From assembly GCA_051941275.1 (NCBI GenBank), contig JAVEBF010000074.1, positions 1 to 33,209 of the forward strand: DNA of 33,209 nucleotides, given 5' to 3'. This DNA is from Dirinaria sp. TL-2023a. Lineage: Eukaryota. The notes under the pieces are model-generated. The model ran no database searches. It saw only the letters and a list, made by a program, of their open reading frames with translations, and was not told where the DNA came from. Positions 10,998 through 22,847 of this stretch are shown here, one piece after another (the stretch's first letter is position 1; every line of letters begins with the position of its first letter). The position numbers and the translations under genes are program-made.

Positions 10998-12015
10998 CTG
11001 CCACATTTCTCTGTTCGCTGGATATATTGAAGCTTTCATCTGCCCACATATATTAGGAAAACGCCCAGCGCAGCGAGGAGGAGGTTGCAAGTTGTCACAA
11101 AATGGACGTGAAGACGATACATGGTCCTATCCATGGTTATTCAAGCCCTGGGCGTCAAGCCAGCCACAAGAACACTAGGTAAGCAACTGGATTCTTGTAG
11201 GCGCTGGATTGTGGGGTAGCGCTCTGCGAAGGTCCGACGATGCAAATGCAATACCTAAGTGTCATCCCATCGACGAGGGCACAAAGCAAATGGTGGTATC
11301 ACTCAGGCTCGAATGACGTCGTGTCTCTCTCCGAAGCGATTTGAATTCTGATATCGTAGGTCGACTTCTCTCTTGTACTTTGTGTAATGCTCGAAGCCCC
11401 TCTCTCTATCAAGGTAGCACTTCTCTTGGAGTATATATGTTATGTGCTACTGCTTCGTAATGCCTTGTGTAGATTGTTGTAGATTTCTGTAGTGGGAGGA
11501 AGCGATTTTGTAAAGAAGATATCATCACAGAACGGTAGCCTCGGGAGAGCAGAGCGGAAGCAGCCTCGATACATGGGCCCGACTCTCTTCGATGTACGAC
11601 GCTCAGCGTCGTGAAACTGTTCGAAAGATAACGTAGATTATCTGTATCATTAAATGATAAGTGCTTGAATGCTTCGGCTTCGACACTCTGACATCGTGTC
11701 CAATGCTCGAGAATACCAGTAGACTTATGTGATTCAGCAAAGGCGGGGTGCAGACTGCTTGATCTTGGCAGCTTGCTCATATAAGCGTTGAAATACCTGC
11801 ACCAGAGAAGGAAGTCCGTATCGTACCACAGGACTACTTGCGCCGGACGTGGCAAGGAGTTAGCGTCCAGCTATGTTGCTTTGATTCGTAGCCACAAGCT
11901 CCTAGGTTTCTGGGGGACGAGAACGCTTCTGCAGCCGGTACATGAAAGTCTGATCTTTTTACCATCTTTTGCAAACCCATGGGCCCAGCACAAATATCAA
12001 CTCTTGCAAGCTTCA

Positions 12016-13776
12016 TTATTTTGTAATCGTGATCTTATTCGAAACCCAGCCGCCCACAGACGCATCATACATTTCCTCGCCCAGAGCTGTACCGTTGAGT
12101 TGATGGTAGAGGACGAACTTTTTGCCCGCAGCTGGACTGAATCCCGCCAATCTTTTGAATGGGAAGGGTGCACTTGGCATCGTTGTTATGGGTACACTGT
12201 AAGGGCTTAATTCTGTGCCGTTGACCCAGAAATAAGAATACGAGAATTGGTCTAGGCCTTCTTCGCCCGGGCTGAGGTTTTGATCTAGGACCAATAAGTC
12301 AGAATCCTGGATAGAGCTCTGGATCGCGCCCGGGGTCAGTATTGTTGACTGTGCCTCTAGAAGATATATTAGTCGATAATCTCCAGGACTAATACCATGA
12401 TCTTCTTGCTGCTGCTTACCAATGCTTCCTGAACTGAAATACGTCAATATTTCATTCCCGCTATACGAGCCGCTCTGGTCTTTCGCAAGGAAAAAAGCCT
12501 CTCCGAAAGCCGTGTGCGCAGTAGCGAACGGCGGAGCGAAAACATCACTTTTATTCGACCTTGCGCCTATCAGATTGCCAGTCACATTCTCCCAAGACCA
12601 CGTGCTTATGGTCAGAGGTTCAGCTGTAGAAAACGATTTATTGTAAAAGGTTCCGTTGAGCATCGTAATATCATTATCAAGTGACTCGTAAAAGAGAATC
12701 GCGTTGAACTGTGTTGCGTTACCCTCTGCCGAGACTGCTAACTGCCGACTTTCCGGAGCTGCGGTAAAGTGCGAAATATTCACGAAAAAGTCCCCCAGGG
12801 TTGTCGGAGTTTTCCATGAGCCTTGGGCTAATTGGAGACTAGCGAGCGAATGATTTTGGTTTACGTAGAAAATGGCGACCTGCGGTCTCGACAGATTAGG
12901 TCGCGAGGTCTTTGGAAATAGGGGGCATGCAATCGAATGAACCACTTACTCCCGCGGGAATTTCTGGCAAGCCGTCAATCGCCGTGTCGCCCTTTTTGGG
13001 GGTAGTAACAGCAGCGATAGGTGTACGATTCCTGGCATCTGAAGCCACAACGTAGCCTGGGTCTGCTGTCCATTCCTTGGTAGACGAAGAGAAAGTAGCC
13101 TGCCGAATGAATCCGGAATCGTCCTGGAAGAATAAACGACGGTCGCCATTTGGAAGCTCCACAGCGGCAAGTGAGGTGTCGCTCATGACCACATCAGGTG
13201 TGGACATGGAGGGATTTGAAGTTTGGCTATACATGTCGCAAATTATTACCGACTGACGTCTAGCTACTATCTAAAAGTCTTACCTTGAACGAGGGACGCC
13301 TGTAGGCGTACCGTTTACCATCGTAGACGGGCTTGTACTGGTTTTCCTTTTTTTGAGTCCAATGCCGACGCCGATCCCGATCGCCGCTCCGAGTATCACG
13401 GCAATAATGACGGTGGCCATGATCATCAAGGTCCGCCGCGATAACCTACGCGATACGGCGATGATTTTGCCATCTCTATCAAGAGAAGTGTTCTTTGGGG
13501 TCGGCTCCTCGCTATCAGAGAAAGTGTTCCTTGCAGGCACGGCAGCAAGCTCCGACGGGCCCTCGCTAAAGAACTTTTCGGAACCCAGGTAAGGGCTTGC
13601 CTGAGTTACACGTCAATATACAAGTGTCTGGCAGGACGGCCGACCTGATGAACCTTTTCGTCTCTAAAGTATTCATTTCGTGCCTTCTCGGGTGCCACTG
13701 CCGAGTAATCGCGTTCTGGAAATCCTGTCGTCAGGTCATGCTTGGAAAGCTCCAGTGTCGAATGTTGTTGCGACAT
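12016..13776 (-). CDS. Type II single-pass membrane protein with extracellular fungal fucose-lectin-like beta-propeller
   Basis: ATG 13776 (MSQQHSTLEL). Introns 13644-13601, 13283-13227, 12949-12880 and 12419-12357 are all GT..AG and join in frame. TM IMATVIIAVILGAAIGIGVGIGL followed by KKRK and an S/T linker. Repeats DTSLAAV..PNGDRRLFFQD..G.IRQ..F....W, NRTPIAA, IFYVN..H.L, LFYE....I, FPF.RLA, LYHQ.NGT.L.E..YD....W. Many NxS/T sequons. Confidence 0.8.
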
Positions 13777-15379
13777 TGGAGACGTTGAAATGGTCCAGGT
13801 GCGAGGAGTCTTCAATTGGGGGGGGATTGGTTATATTATCCGAGAGTCGCATATATCTCGACGCTAGCTGCCGCCTCCAGGATATGCCGTACCTTAGGGT
13901 CTTTAAGCAATTGTGATACACTAGCCTCGCGGAGGTTTTTAACATACGAAACGTCGGCTATATGCACGGTCTCGACAGTAAATGCACGGCAAGCAGTCCA
14001 TCGTTGTATACGAATAGACATTCACCACATAAGAATACATACAATCATCAAATTGGGCGCTCATCTATTTCACTTCATCACGTCTTGTGTGGTATTTCGA
14101 CTGCTCCTCTCGACGAGAGCTCCCAAAGATCGGAATGACCGATTCGAGTAATAGAAAGCTCGAATTTAAACTTTGGGCTCATGATAAGATGTTTAGCAGA
14201 CCCATACATAGAGAAAGTGATGTATCTCTCGAAAATTGAATGAAGCGGGGAATCGCTAGCGCTCGATTTTCACACACGGAACTAGAACATAGGTGAGTAG
14301 CGATGAGAATTTGAGGAATCTCTATGATAGTAGTATTACCTGTGGTTTGGCACTAGGCAAGCGTGCTATGGCGTTTTTGGCTCTGACGTGGTGTTTTGAC
14401 TTTCCCATGGCGCCGCACCATGTGTTTAGCGCATTTCGGATCGAGGTCGACGATGTTATCTTACCTACTCGCAGGTTAAGGCAGGACTACCTTATGTGAA
14501 ATGTGACGCCGGTTGGCTGGTATGTGCCCTGAGGTCGGCCTAGCGTGCCGAGTATTTAGCAGGCGATGGTACCCAGATTTCCCAGAGCATCACCATCGTT
14601 ACATTATACCCATCGTATACTTCATTGGGTTATGTTTAATACTCGTGATCAACCACCTTGCCCAAGGACGTAATTGCAGAGTAGGAAAGGCCAAGAGAGT
14701 CATGCCATTTACCGTTTGTTTCCATGGCTTGACTCTTCAACTTTGTGTGGTCATCAGTAGACCCGCTCAATGCCTTCACGATACTCCAGTCTTCCATCAC
14801 GAATATCTGGATTCACTCCTGTTGGGGTCTTGTGAAGATAGAGGACAAAAAGCTCTGTTATGACAGCATCGGTCCAGCAGGAACAGTACCATTAAATCCA
14901 GCACCCAGCTAATCTCTTCTAAGTATTTGTGAGTAGAGACCTTAGCGAGAAATGTCCACTTTTCACTGACCTACATTTACTGTCTCGCAATCTTGGCAAT
15001 ATCTCGCGCAGAGGCGGAGTACAGGATTAACGAGGCAGAGAGGGGCGGGGGTGCCAAGACCGCTTCCGAGCCAAGACCTCGGCAGTGGAGCATCAAGTCT
15101 TGGCATCGTCCATCATTCCCGCCAAGAGAACTCCGCTCTCTCTTCCCCGAGCTGCCTTCAAATTGGACCGTAATCCATTGGCTGCATCGTTTTGATGCCC
15201 AGCCCTTGGCTACGATGGCTAAGAGGTGCTATGCGGATGAGTCGGCGTTGACTTTGGTTAAAAGGGTCTCCGCGTTGCCGCATCTTCTTCGTCCGGGCTG
15301 TCGATTGTCTTGATACCTTCGCTTCTGATTGAGCTCCGGCTCACTCCGTGAAAAAGACTTCTTCTCATTGATATCAAGC

Positions 15380-16275
15380 ATGCGTGTATATATATATTCT
15401 CTATTCATCTTCCTATCTCAGGCAATAATCACTTTGAGCAGCTCTCTCTGCTACAGCGTCGACCAAGTCGAAAACCCATCTAGCTTTGCCTGTAATAAGA
15501 GCGCCGTGGCCAGCATTTGCTGCTCCGTAGGCGATGTCTGTCTGAGTAACGGCCTCTGTGAGACTAACAATGTCCCGTATTATCACACAAGTGAATGCAC
15601 AGATAGCTCCTGGAACTACCAAGGATGCCCTCAGATCTGCAACAACAACCTCACTGCTGGTTCGTCACGCACACTGACCTTCAATTGGCGCGATAACTAC
15701 TGACATCGCTTGAAGATTCCTCTGCGAGCGGTAGTGACGTCAAGTCTTGTGGAGGAGGTGATTACTGCTGCGACAACATAATCGGCGACTGCTGCGTCAA
15801 TAGAACACACGTTTTCCATTTGGGAGTTGCCACGATCGTTGGCACTATTAGTGCAATACCAACAGGATCAGTAGCCAGTTCTGCGACTGTATCGACGCTC
15901 GTAGCAGGCTCCTCGGTTAGCCCTAGTCGGGTCAGAGAGCACACCTCAACACTCACACCGCAGGCTTCAACCTCTCCGTCCGTACAGGAGAAATCGGCGC
16001 ATGCCTCGAACAATGCCGTATCTATTGGTGTGGGTGTTGGAGTAGGCGTGGCGGTCGTCGTAACTCTAGCTAATGTTCTATACCTCTTGCGACGCCGATC
16101 TCAAAGGCGGAGCGCCAGAGCAGATAGAGCATTGGGCACGATTGTCTATGTCAACGACAATGATAAGGAAATGGTGGCTGCCGTCAACCAGCAGAGATCC
16201 AAACATGCGCTGGAGCACAAGAACATTGCGTACCCGCAAGGTTATCATGCTTACGACGGGATTGTCCCGAAGTGA
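15380..16275 (+). CDS. Type I membrane protein: Cys-rich ectodomain + S/T stalk + TM (Mid2/Wsc-like surface sensor), paralogue A
   Basis: Signal peptide MRVYIYSLFIFLSQAIITLSSS. Cys motif C..C..CC....CLSNGLC...SECTD..W....C..IC. Intron 15660-15715. Second Cys cluster C.GGDYCC....DCC. TM IGVGVGVGVAVVVTLANVLYLL followed by RRR. Confidence 0.85.
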
Positions 16276-16817
16276 CACAGGATCTACCGAACATAAACAC
16301 ATATCGGATATGGCCTTTACTTTTCAGTTCTGTCTCGTTGATCTCGAGCATCGTTGTTAAACCAGCCCGGTTGCCTGAGCCCAAGATACGACAACAATGC
16401 AGGTTTCACGCCCATAGGGAATTGCAAGGGAAGCCCTCCCCCTAGTGAGATGTGGGCACTTTGGAACGGCCTGGCTTTCACGGAAGCGAGAGGGGTACGG
16501 GCCCTCTTTCCACCTTAAGGGCTTTCCGGTCCTCTTGCGACTAGTATAATTAAATCAGCTCCTGCGATACCGGACACAAATTACCCCTATCCGCTTAGAG
16601 CTTCAGTGCGCTGCAGCTGTGTGCACCTTGGGCTCAAACTTCAACCATATATTATAGTATAATCTCTCTTTGTCATGCCCGGTTACTCCTTGATATCCCC
16701 TTCAAACAGCTTCTTTTGAGATCCTCGCCCAGATCAGTCAGAGCTATCATGAAGTTTTCAGCCCCAATGGGAGTGTGACCTCCAAGAAGGGCAGTCAGAA
16801 CAAGTATTAGACTATCT

Positions 16818-17722
16818 TTACAGTTCGTGCGCTTGACGGTCCCCTTGAAGTTCAGATAAACCTCTGTCCTCGGCTAGCTCATGCAGCCTTTGGGTCTCGC
16901 TTGGAGCTGCCGTCTCTTTCTTTTGATTCATGTACGCTAGGGGTATCTGGGTTTCACTCGCGTTTCTCTTTTTTTGTCGCCGCCAAACAATGAAGGCAAG
17001 AGTTCCGAGGATGGCTATTCCAGCGGCGACGCCCACGCCGACCCCAACACCCACTGCGACGTGGTTGTTCGAGCTTTTACTTGGGGAGGAAGTCGGACTT
17101 GGAGAGGTCTGTGGGGCCGCGGTGGGAGTTGGTGAGGAGGATGTGCGTCGGCTTGTAGTGGCTGTGCTGGATGTTGACGTTATTGTAGAAGTCGCTGAAG
17201 AAGTCGCTGAAGCGCTCGCTGTGGGCGGTGCTGTAAGGTGTGTAACGATTGTGGCCACGCCCAAATTGAAGGTTGACGCCGGAGTCGAGCAGCAATCAGA
17301 TTTGGTGAGGTCGTAGCAGCAAAAATTTCCGTCTCCGCATGGCTGCACGCCATTGCCGGTTATGTTAGCTGCCAAGCTGTATTAGCCGCCATCACGACCT
17401 TAGAGAGAGCAGACCACAAACACGTCGTATTCGTGTTGCAAATCTCCAAGCACGAGTTGCTCGCCCACGTATTGTCTGTGCACTCGCTGGTGTAATAGGG
17501 CGTCTCGCCAAAATTCTGCGTTGAATTAGGTTGACAGAGGCCGTTGCTCAGACAGATATTTCCCAAGGAGCAACATGGGCCGTTTTCAGCGCTAGGGTCG
17601 CACGGAAAACTATTTGGGTCTTGGACCAGATCAATTCCATAACATCTGTGCTGCGCTGCTGCTTCCGACAGAGCGACAAGCGTGGTAGCAAAGGCTAAGA
17701 GCTCGAGGAAAAGCCTATGCAT
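16818..17722 (-). CDS. Type I membrane protein: Cys-rich ectodomain + S/T stalk + TM (Mid2/Wsc-like surface sensor), paralogue B
   Basis: ATG 17722 with signal peptide MHRLFLELLAFATTLVALSEAAA. Same Cys motif (CC..GNICLSNGLC...YYTSECTDNTW...CLEIC). Intron 17421-17369 (GTTTGT..CTAAT..GCAG). TM VGVGVGVGVAAGIAILGTLAFIVW followed by RRQKKR. Tail with HEL/SEL motifs. Confidence 0.87.
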
Positions 17723-19796
17723 GGTGGTAGTAGATGGGTTGAACCGAAACAGAGGAAGAAATGCTTCCACGAGGACAGGTGAGAGGCATAGAGAAGAGGT
17801 TGGCAGCATGAACGAGGCTGCGAGTGGGCTATGAAACCCAGAATCCCCCTTCCCAGGATCAGCATCCTTGCGGCAATTGCCTGACAATTGCGGCTCAGTG
17901 TCGTCGGACCCAATCACAGTGGATCGAATTTATGGTGCAAGCCGTCACCACCACAGTGGAGACGAATCATTTCAATCTTCTCATCTCTTATCGTCAGAAC
18001 TTCCGAAATCATTCTCAAAGAAATAATTATGCTGAGATGATAACAGATCTAGAGGCCAGATAGAGCGAGATCAAGGGAAGAGAATACAAGTATCTTGGTT
18101 TCTCGGAACAGAACCCTCGTTGTTCTTATCGAGAACATATTGTTATTTGTGGATGCACAGAATGGTCGCGTGATCCAATACTGCTTTCGATCGAGACGTT
18201 GAGGAACTGCAAGCATGAAGCAGTAGTGCCTAGCACCTTCTTTACTGTGTAGAATGGCTGCAAAGCGATTGGCGCTGGTGGGGTTACCCTGCCCGGACGT
18301 TGTTTCCCGTCTTGAACTAAAGGTTATTTCAAAGCTAACCTTGCATAAAGTAATTGAAAGCTTCAAATGCCACTACGGTACTCTCCGCTCCATCAGCTAT
18401 CAGCCATCCCGCGTGGGGAACATACAGTACCTCCGATCATCGGTTGCGCTCCTTTACTCATTCTGGCCCAATCTCGGTGACGGGCTCATTATTTATTTCG
18501 CTATCCAACCTCTGCCAACATGGAGCATTTCCGCACTTCTAACTAGCCATCTTTACCCGAGTTGCTTTAAAGCTAAGAGATAAGCGGGCCAATGCCAAGA
18601 GGCAAGGAATATGATGAGGAGATTAGGAGATTATTATTACCTACCTAATTGAGCCAAAAGGATCGTGGAAGAGATGGAGAAATGCTTGGCTACCTGCATA
18701 CAAAAACTGCGGCAGTCCTCCCAACTATTCTTTTTCCGGACCACTTCTCTTCTCTCTTCCACCTAATACAGTAGTGCATGATTGCTCAAACATCCGAATC
18801 GCATGAGTAGAGGCGATAATTATCCTTACGGCACCCCGACAATTTTTGCGTGCTTACTGACATCTCTCTGTTGAATGTTGATGTTGGCGGTTATTTCATG
18901 ATTGAGACTATGGAAGCCTTCACATATAGTATTGGCGTTGTGATTGCCTTGCCAAGCTGATACAGCACGAAAATTCTGCTCGATACAGATGACTTCCGCT
19001 TTCGACATCAGAGCTCTATCATGGACTCTTCTCCTATGCTATCTTACTCTGCGCAAGACTCGCACCTCATAAAAATATCGAATAATGGCTTCGTCTTCGC
19101 TGTCAGCCATTATTGCAAAAGCCTGCTTTTTAAAGTAGTCCCTTCCATCCGAGGTCGCGTCCCGCTCTCCTTTGTTTGTCCTTGTTGCAGTATCAGCCTG
19201 TTGCCGTCTTTTGGCTGCGTAGTTTGCGACTTTTTAAATCCCCTCTCCACTTTATAATTGATTCTGCCTAAGCGTCTCTGCCCCGGTCCTTATATTGATT
19301 AAGACCCCTCAACCAGAATTCGTCCGTATTTTTTATTTTTTGTTTTTGTTCTTTTCCCCAAACGGCACATCGATCAACAATGTTGTCAAGACAAAAGCTG
19401 CTACTTTGGAAAACAAACAAAGCCTTTCTTTGCATTTCAACACTGGATAACTTACCGCCAAAATCCGCTAAAATCCACATCACTTTCCGGTTGACAAGCG
19501 TGGCCAAGACAAGCTCACACTGTGGGCAGCGGACAAATCAACCCATGTCCAACACCACTCCAAGATCGATGAGAATGTGAATAGTCATGTACAACACCAT
19601 TGTCTCGCCACTTCACATCGGGTCACTGTTAGGATCATGTATACTATATGTAGAGGCCAAAGTCCCGATCCAGGATGTCTTCTCCAACACAGAAGAGATT
19701 CTTCAAATCGTTCGAAAGTTTGGCTATCCTTCGAACTTCCAACATCATTTCCCCCAAATCAACCTTTATTCACAGAACATAATCTACGTTTTCAAG

Positions 19797-21200
19797 ATGT
19801 CCGGGTCTTCCAATCATGGACAACAGGAGGAGGAGACCATGCTGATCCTGGACCGCGACAATGAGCCGGTCAGGGAAACGCTAGGGCAGCTAATGACAGT
19901 ATTTGCATACGTGCAGATACGCCGTCTAGCGGAGGAGGATCGGACATGTCCCTGCTGCCGCTGCAGGTATATGGAGATTCGGGAGGGTGAGGATCCTCTC
20001 GTGGAGCTCCCTGTAAGAACCTTATGCGGCCATGTTCTTGGAGAAGCCTGCTTAAAGCGCTGGCTTCCGAACAACACATGCCCACTATGTCGAGCCCAAT
20101 TATTTAGCGTTCCCGACGACTCTGCAAGTGAAGATGAGGATGAAGAGGAAGATAGCGACATGGACTCGGAAGAAGAGAATTCACCAGCGCAGGTCCGAGT
20201 GCAAAGCTACAGCCCAGATGCTCGCGACATTCGTGAGGTGGCACAAATCTACCAGTCGTGGCCACGGAGTCGCGCATGGTTAGTGGCTGAAATTCGAAGG
20301 GTAGGGGCTTTTCGAGAAGCGCGGCTCTACGCAGACCTCCTCGCGGACAGAGCAACCCTCCCAGGTCCACGAACATTTGGGCCTGATCTCCATGGCCTGC
20401 TTGACTGGAGACAGGATCGAGCCCTATGCCACGAAATTCGGCGTCTCGGTGGCTTCGAATATGATGGCATGGGCTACGACATTTGGGCCAGCAATTGGCA
20501 AACGGTAGAAGAAAAGTACGAAGAGCTTCGCAACGAAAGGCTCTGCTGGAATCTACGGCACCATGCATGGATTCGACACGACGGCACGGTCGTTTATGCA
20601 AGAGATGGCTCCGGTACCGCACAGGGCGGTGCGGCAAGGTCGCGTCAGGTTGTAGCTCTCGACCTCCAGTCAAGTGAGGAGGATATCCAGTTCTGGTTGA
20701 ACCGGCTTCAATCAAATCTGGGTCCTGGGGAGGAAATCGAGATTTCTCGACATTCGGTCGAGCGACGGAGCGAAAGTGAGGATCTACTTCGACACCGACA
20801 AGTGAGGAGGCCGAGACCGAGGCCCGTCTATTCTCACGACTCGCGTGAGAATATCCAAGACCAGCAGGAGATGAGCGAAGCTGGTGGTGAGGCCACCCAC
20901 CAAGAACACCAAGAACACCAAGATCAGCCAGACCAGGTGGCCGAGGAGGGAGACATGGAGATAGAGGAAGCCGAAGTAGTTGAATCAGTGGAGGCAGATC
21001 AAGGCCACGAAGCTCCAGCACCGACTGTCCAAAGTCGGAACGCCCACGATTACGAGCTCGACCCAGATAACTCCTCTCTTCGTTGGGACTGGCGGGCTTA
21101 TCTCGAGAGAAGGGAGGGCTCGAGCGAAGCGGAAGAGCGGAGAGTTGTAACCGAAAGGTTTAATACTCTAGCGCGATCGGTCGGCACGTGGGAGATCTGA
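19797..21200 (+). CDS. RING-finger protein (putative E3 ubiquitin ligase), intronless; upstream in-frame ATG at 19587 possible
   Basis: CPCC...PVRTLCGHVLGEACLKRWLPNNTCPLCRAQLF is a RING with the fungal CGHxxG variant. Followed by an acidic stretch, a Trp-rich middle domain and a disordered acidic C-terminus (HQEHQEHQD). CAAGATG context at 19797. Confidence 0.8.
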   Translation: MSGSSNHGQQEEETMLILDRDNEPVRETLGQLMTVFAYVQIRRLAEEDRTCPCCRCRYMEIREGEDPLVELPVRTLCGHVLGEACLKRWLPNNTCPLCRAQLFSVPDDSASEDEDEEEDSDMDSEEENSPAQVRVQSYSPDARDIREVAQIYQSWPRSRAWLVAEIRRVGAFREARLYADLLADRATLPGPRTFGPDLHGLLDWRQDRALCHEIRRLGGFEYDGMGYDIWASNWQTVEEKYEELRNERLCWNLRHHAWIRHDGTVVYARDGSGTAQGGAARSRQVVALDLQSSEEDIQFWLNRLQSNLGPGEEIEISRHSVERRSESEDLLRHRQVRRPRPRPVYSHDSRENIQDQQEMSEAGGEATHQEHQEHQDQPDQVAEEGDMEIEEAEVVESVEADQGHEAPAPTVQSRNAHDYELDPDNSSLRWDWRAYLERREGSSEAEERRVVTERFNTLARSVGTWEI

Positions 21201-21439
21201 GGGCCGGCGCGTCTTCCTAAGAAGCACTGTAATGATAGCGGCGCACTTAGATTGGGATGGTTTGGAGTTTTGGGGTAGATGCCAAGATTTAGCAACGAGT
21301 AAATACCTTACATGATAAAGTGATTATAACGTAATGAAGAGTTTTCTTTCATGGCTCGAGTGGGTATCTACAGTATTTCCGGTAACGCCTTGTCCTCGCA
21401 GACCCCCTATATTTGTCCCCTTTCCATTTCTTGGTTTTG

Positions 21440-22847
21440 CTATACTGCTGTAGCAATACTCCTGCCTCCTAGTTCTTCCGTGCTATTCAACACGTCCGCG
21501 TCACCAGGCCGTTCAGCGCTTGAATGTGTTCTCGAATGTGTCCTTGACTGCGTCCTCGAATGCACGGTATCGTCGGTGCTGAATCGTCTCGCCACGAGCT
21601 CCTCCGGTTGCGACATCCCCATGGCTCTCAGAATAAGATCCTTGCACGCCGCTCTCGAAGTGGTGAAGTAGATGACCGAGTTCCAGAAGCCCATGAGGGA
21701 CAGGACGACGCCGGCTGCGTATTCATTCGAGATCGTGATGGTGTTGGGGTACGCCAGGCTGTAGACGCGGTTGATCGATGACGGCACCCAGGTCACCAGC
21801 AGCGACACAAAGAATAGCAGTGCCACTTTTGTATAGCCCCATGCCGCTTTGTTCGCCTCCACGGCCGCGTTGCTCTTGCTCCGCTGCACGGAGACCATGC
21901 TCATGGGATGAGGCCTTGATATGGTGGGGGACGTCCCGATGCTCACTGTGTATTGTTCATAGCCTTCGCTGGACGAAGAGCTTGTATTGCTTGATCGTCC
22001 TTCTTTTGTTTGGTGGTGTGGGGACGGAATATCTCCGATAGGTAGACGGAGACCGGCAAGCTCGCTCGTGATCTGAACATGGGTGGTTTTGTAATTCATA
22101 ACTTCTTTCTCGTTCCTACCGCCCTCATGGAAGAAGCGCAGCTCTTTACGCTTCTTGAATAGCTCGCGGCCAGCCATGACATAAATCGTAAAGGCGGCGA
22201 TGATACTTACCCTGCGCTTTTGTTAGCTTTCACGATGTAAATGGACAATGTTACTTACCAGGCCGGGGCGTAGCATACAGCTAGCCTAAGAAAGTCCCAT
22301 GGTGTTGATATCCAGCACCACAACTTTGCGGCGCTGTTAGCAGTGCGCACTCCATGCTGCTCGTGGTGAGGAAGCTTACCACTGCGGGCCCATAGATCTT
22401 GCCCCTCGAGCTAGTCTCAACGAAGATGAGGACCAAAGCGATGATGAAAGGCCCGCCATAACACATAGCATGGTATCTCCACTCGAGCGCTTTGAGTTGT
22501 TCCGCATTATACTTCTTGAACAAAGTCATGTAGACATTGACCGCCATTGCCAGGTTCCACAACGCATCTGCTGGGACGAACATCTGGATCAAAAAAGCCT
22601 GGAATTGGCACAAGTGCGACCCTTGGCCTGCTCTGATGCCGGACTCGGATATCATTGTTGCAACGTTGCAAAGGGTGTTTCCCCATGAAGCGTAAAATAT
22701 GAGACGGTTGATGGGTTTCCGGAACTTCGAGGAGGACGCAAAGGTCACGAGGATGAGAGTGGTGCCGATGAGAGAGAAACAAGATGCGACTCTTTCAGTA
22801 ATCTCGAGTGCTCTAAGCTGGTGAGCAGTCAATTGGGTGGTGGCCAT
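21440..22847 (-). CDS. cAMP-receptor-like GPCR (Dicty_CAR / fungal class V)
   Basis: ATG 22847 (MATTQLT). Motifs ERVASCFSLIG, FRKPINRLIFYASWGN, CQFQAFLIQMFVPADALW..AMA.NVY, YGPA.LWCWI, AAW.YTKVA.LFF...L.TWVPSS.NRVY, VL.L.GFWN.VIY. Introns 22379-22324 and 22258-22212 join in frame. Confidence 0.93.

Noticed and set aside
10431..11090. 219-aa minus-strand ORF with hydrophobic C-terminus
   Set aside because: Better explained as the antisense of a Glu-rich + strand pseudogene. Non-ATG start.
20104..21021. 305-aa minus-strand ORF
   Set aside because: Lies entirely antisense to the RING gene. Shadow ORF.
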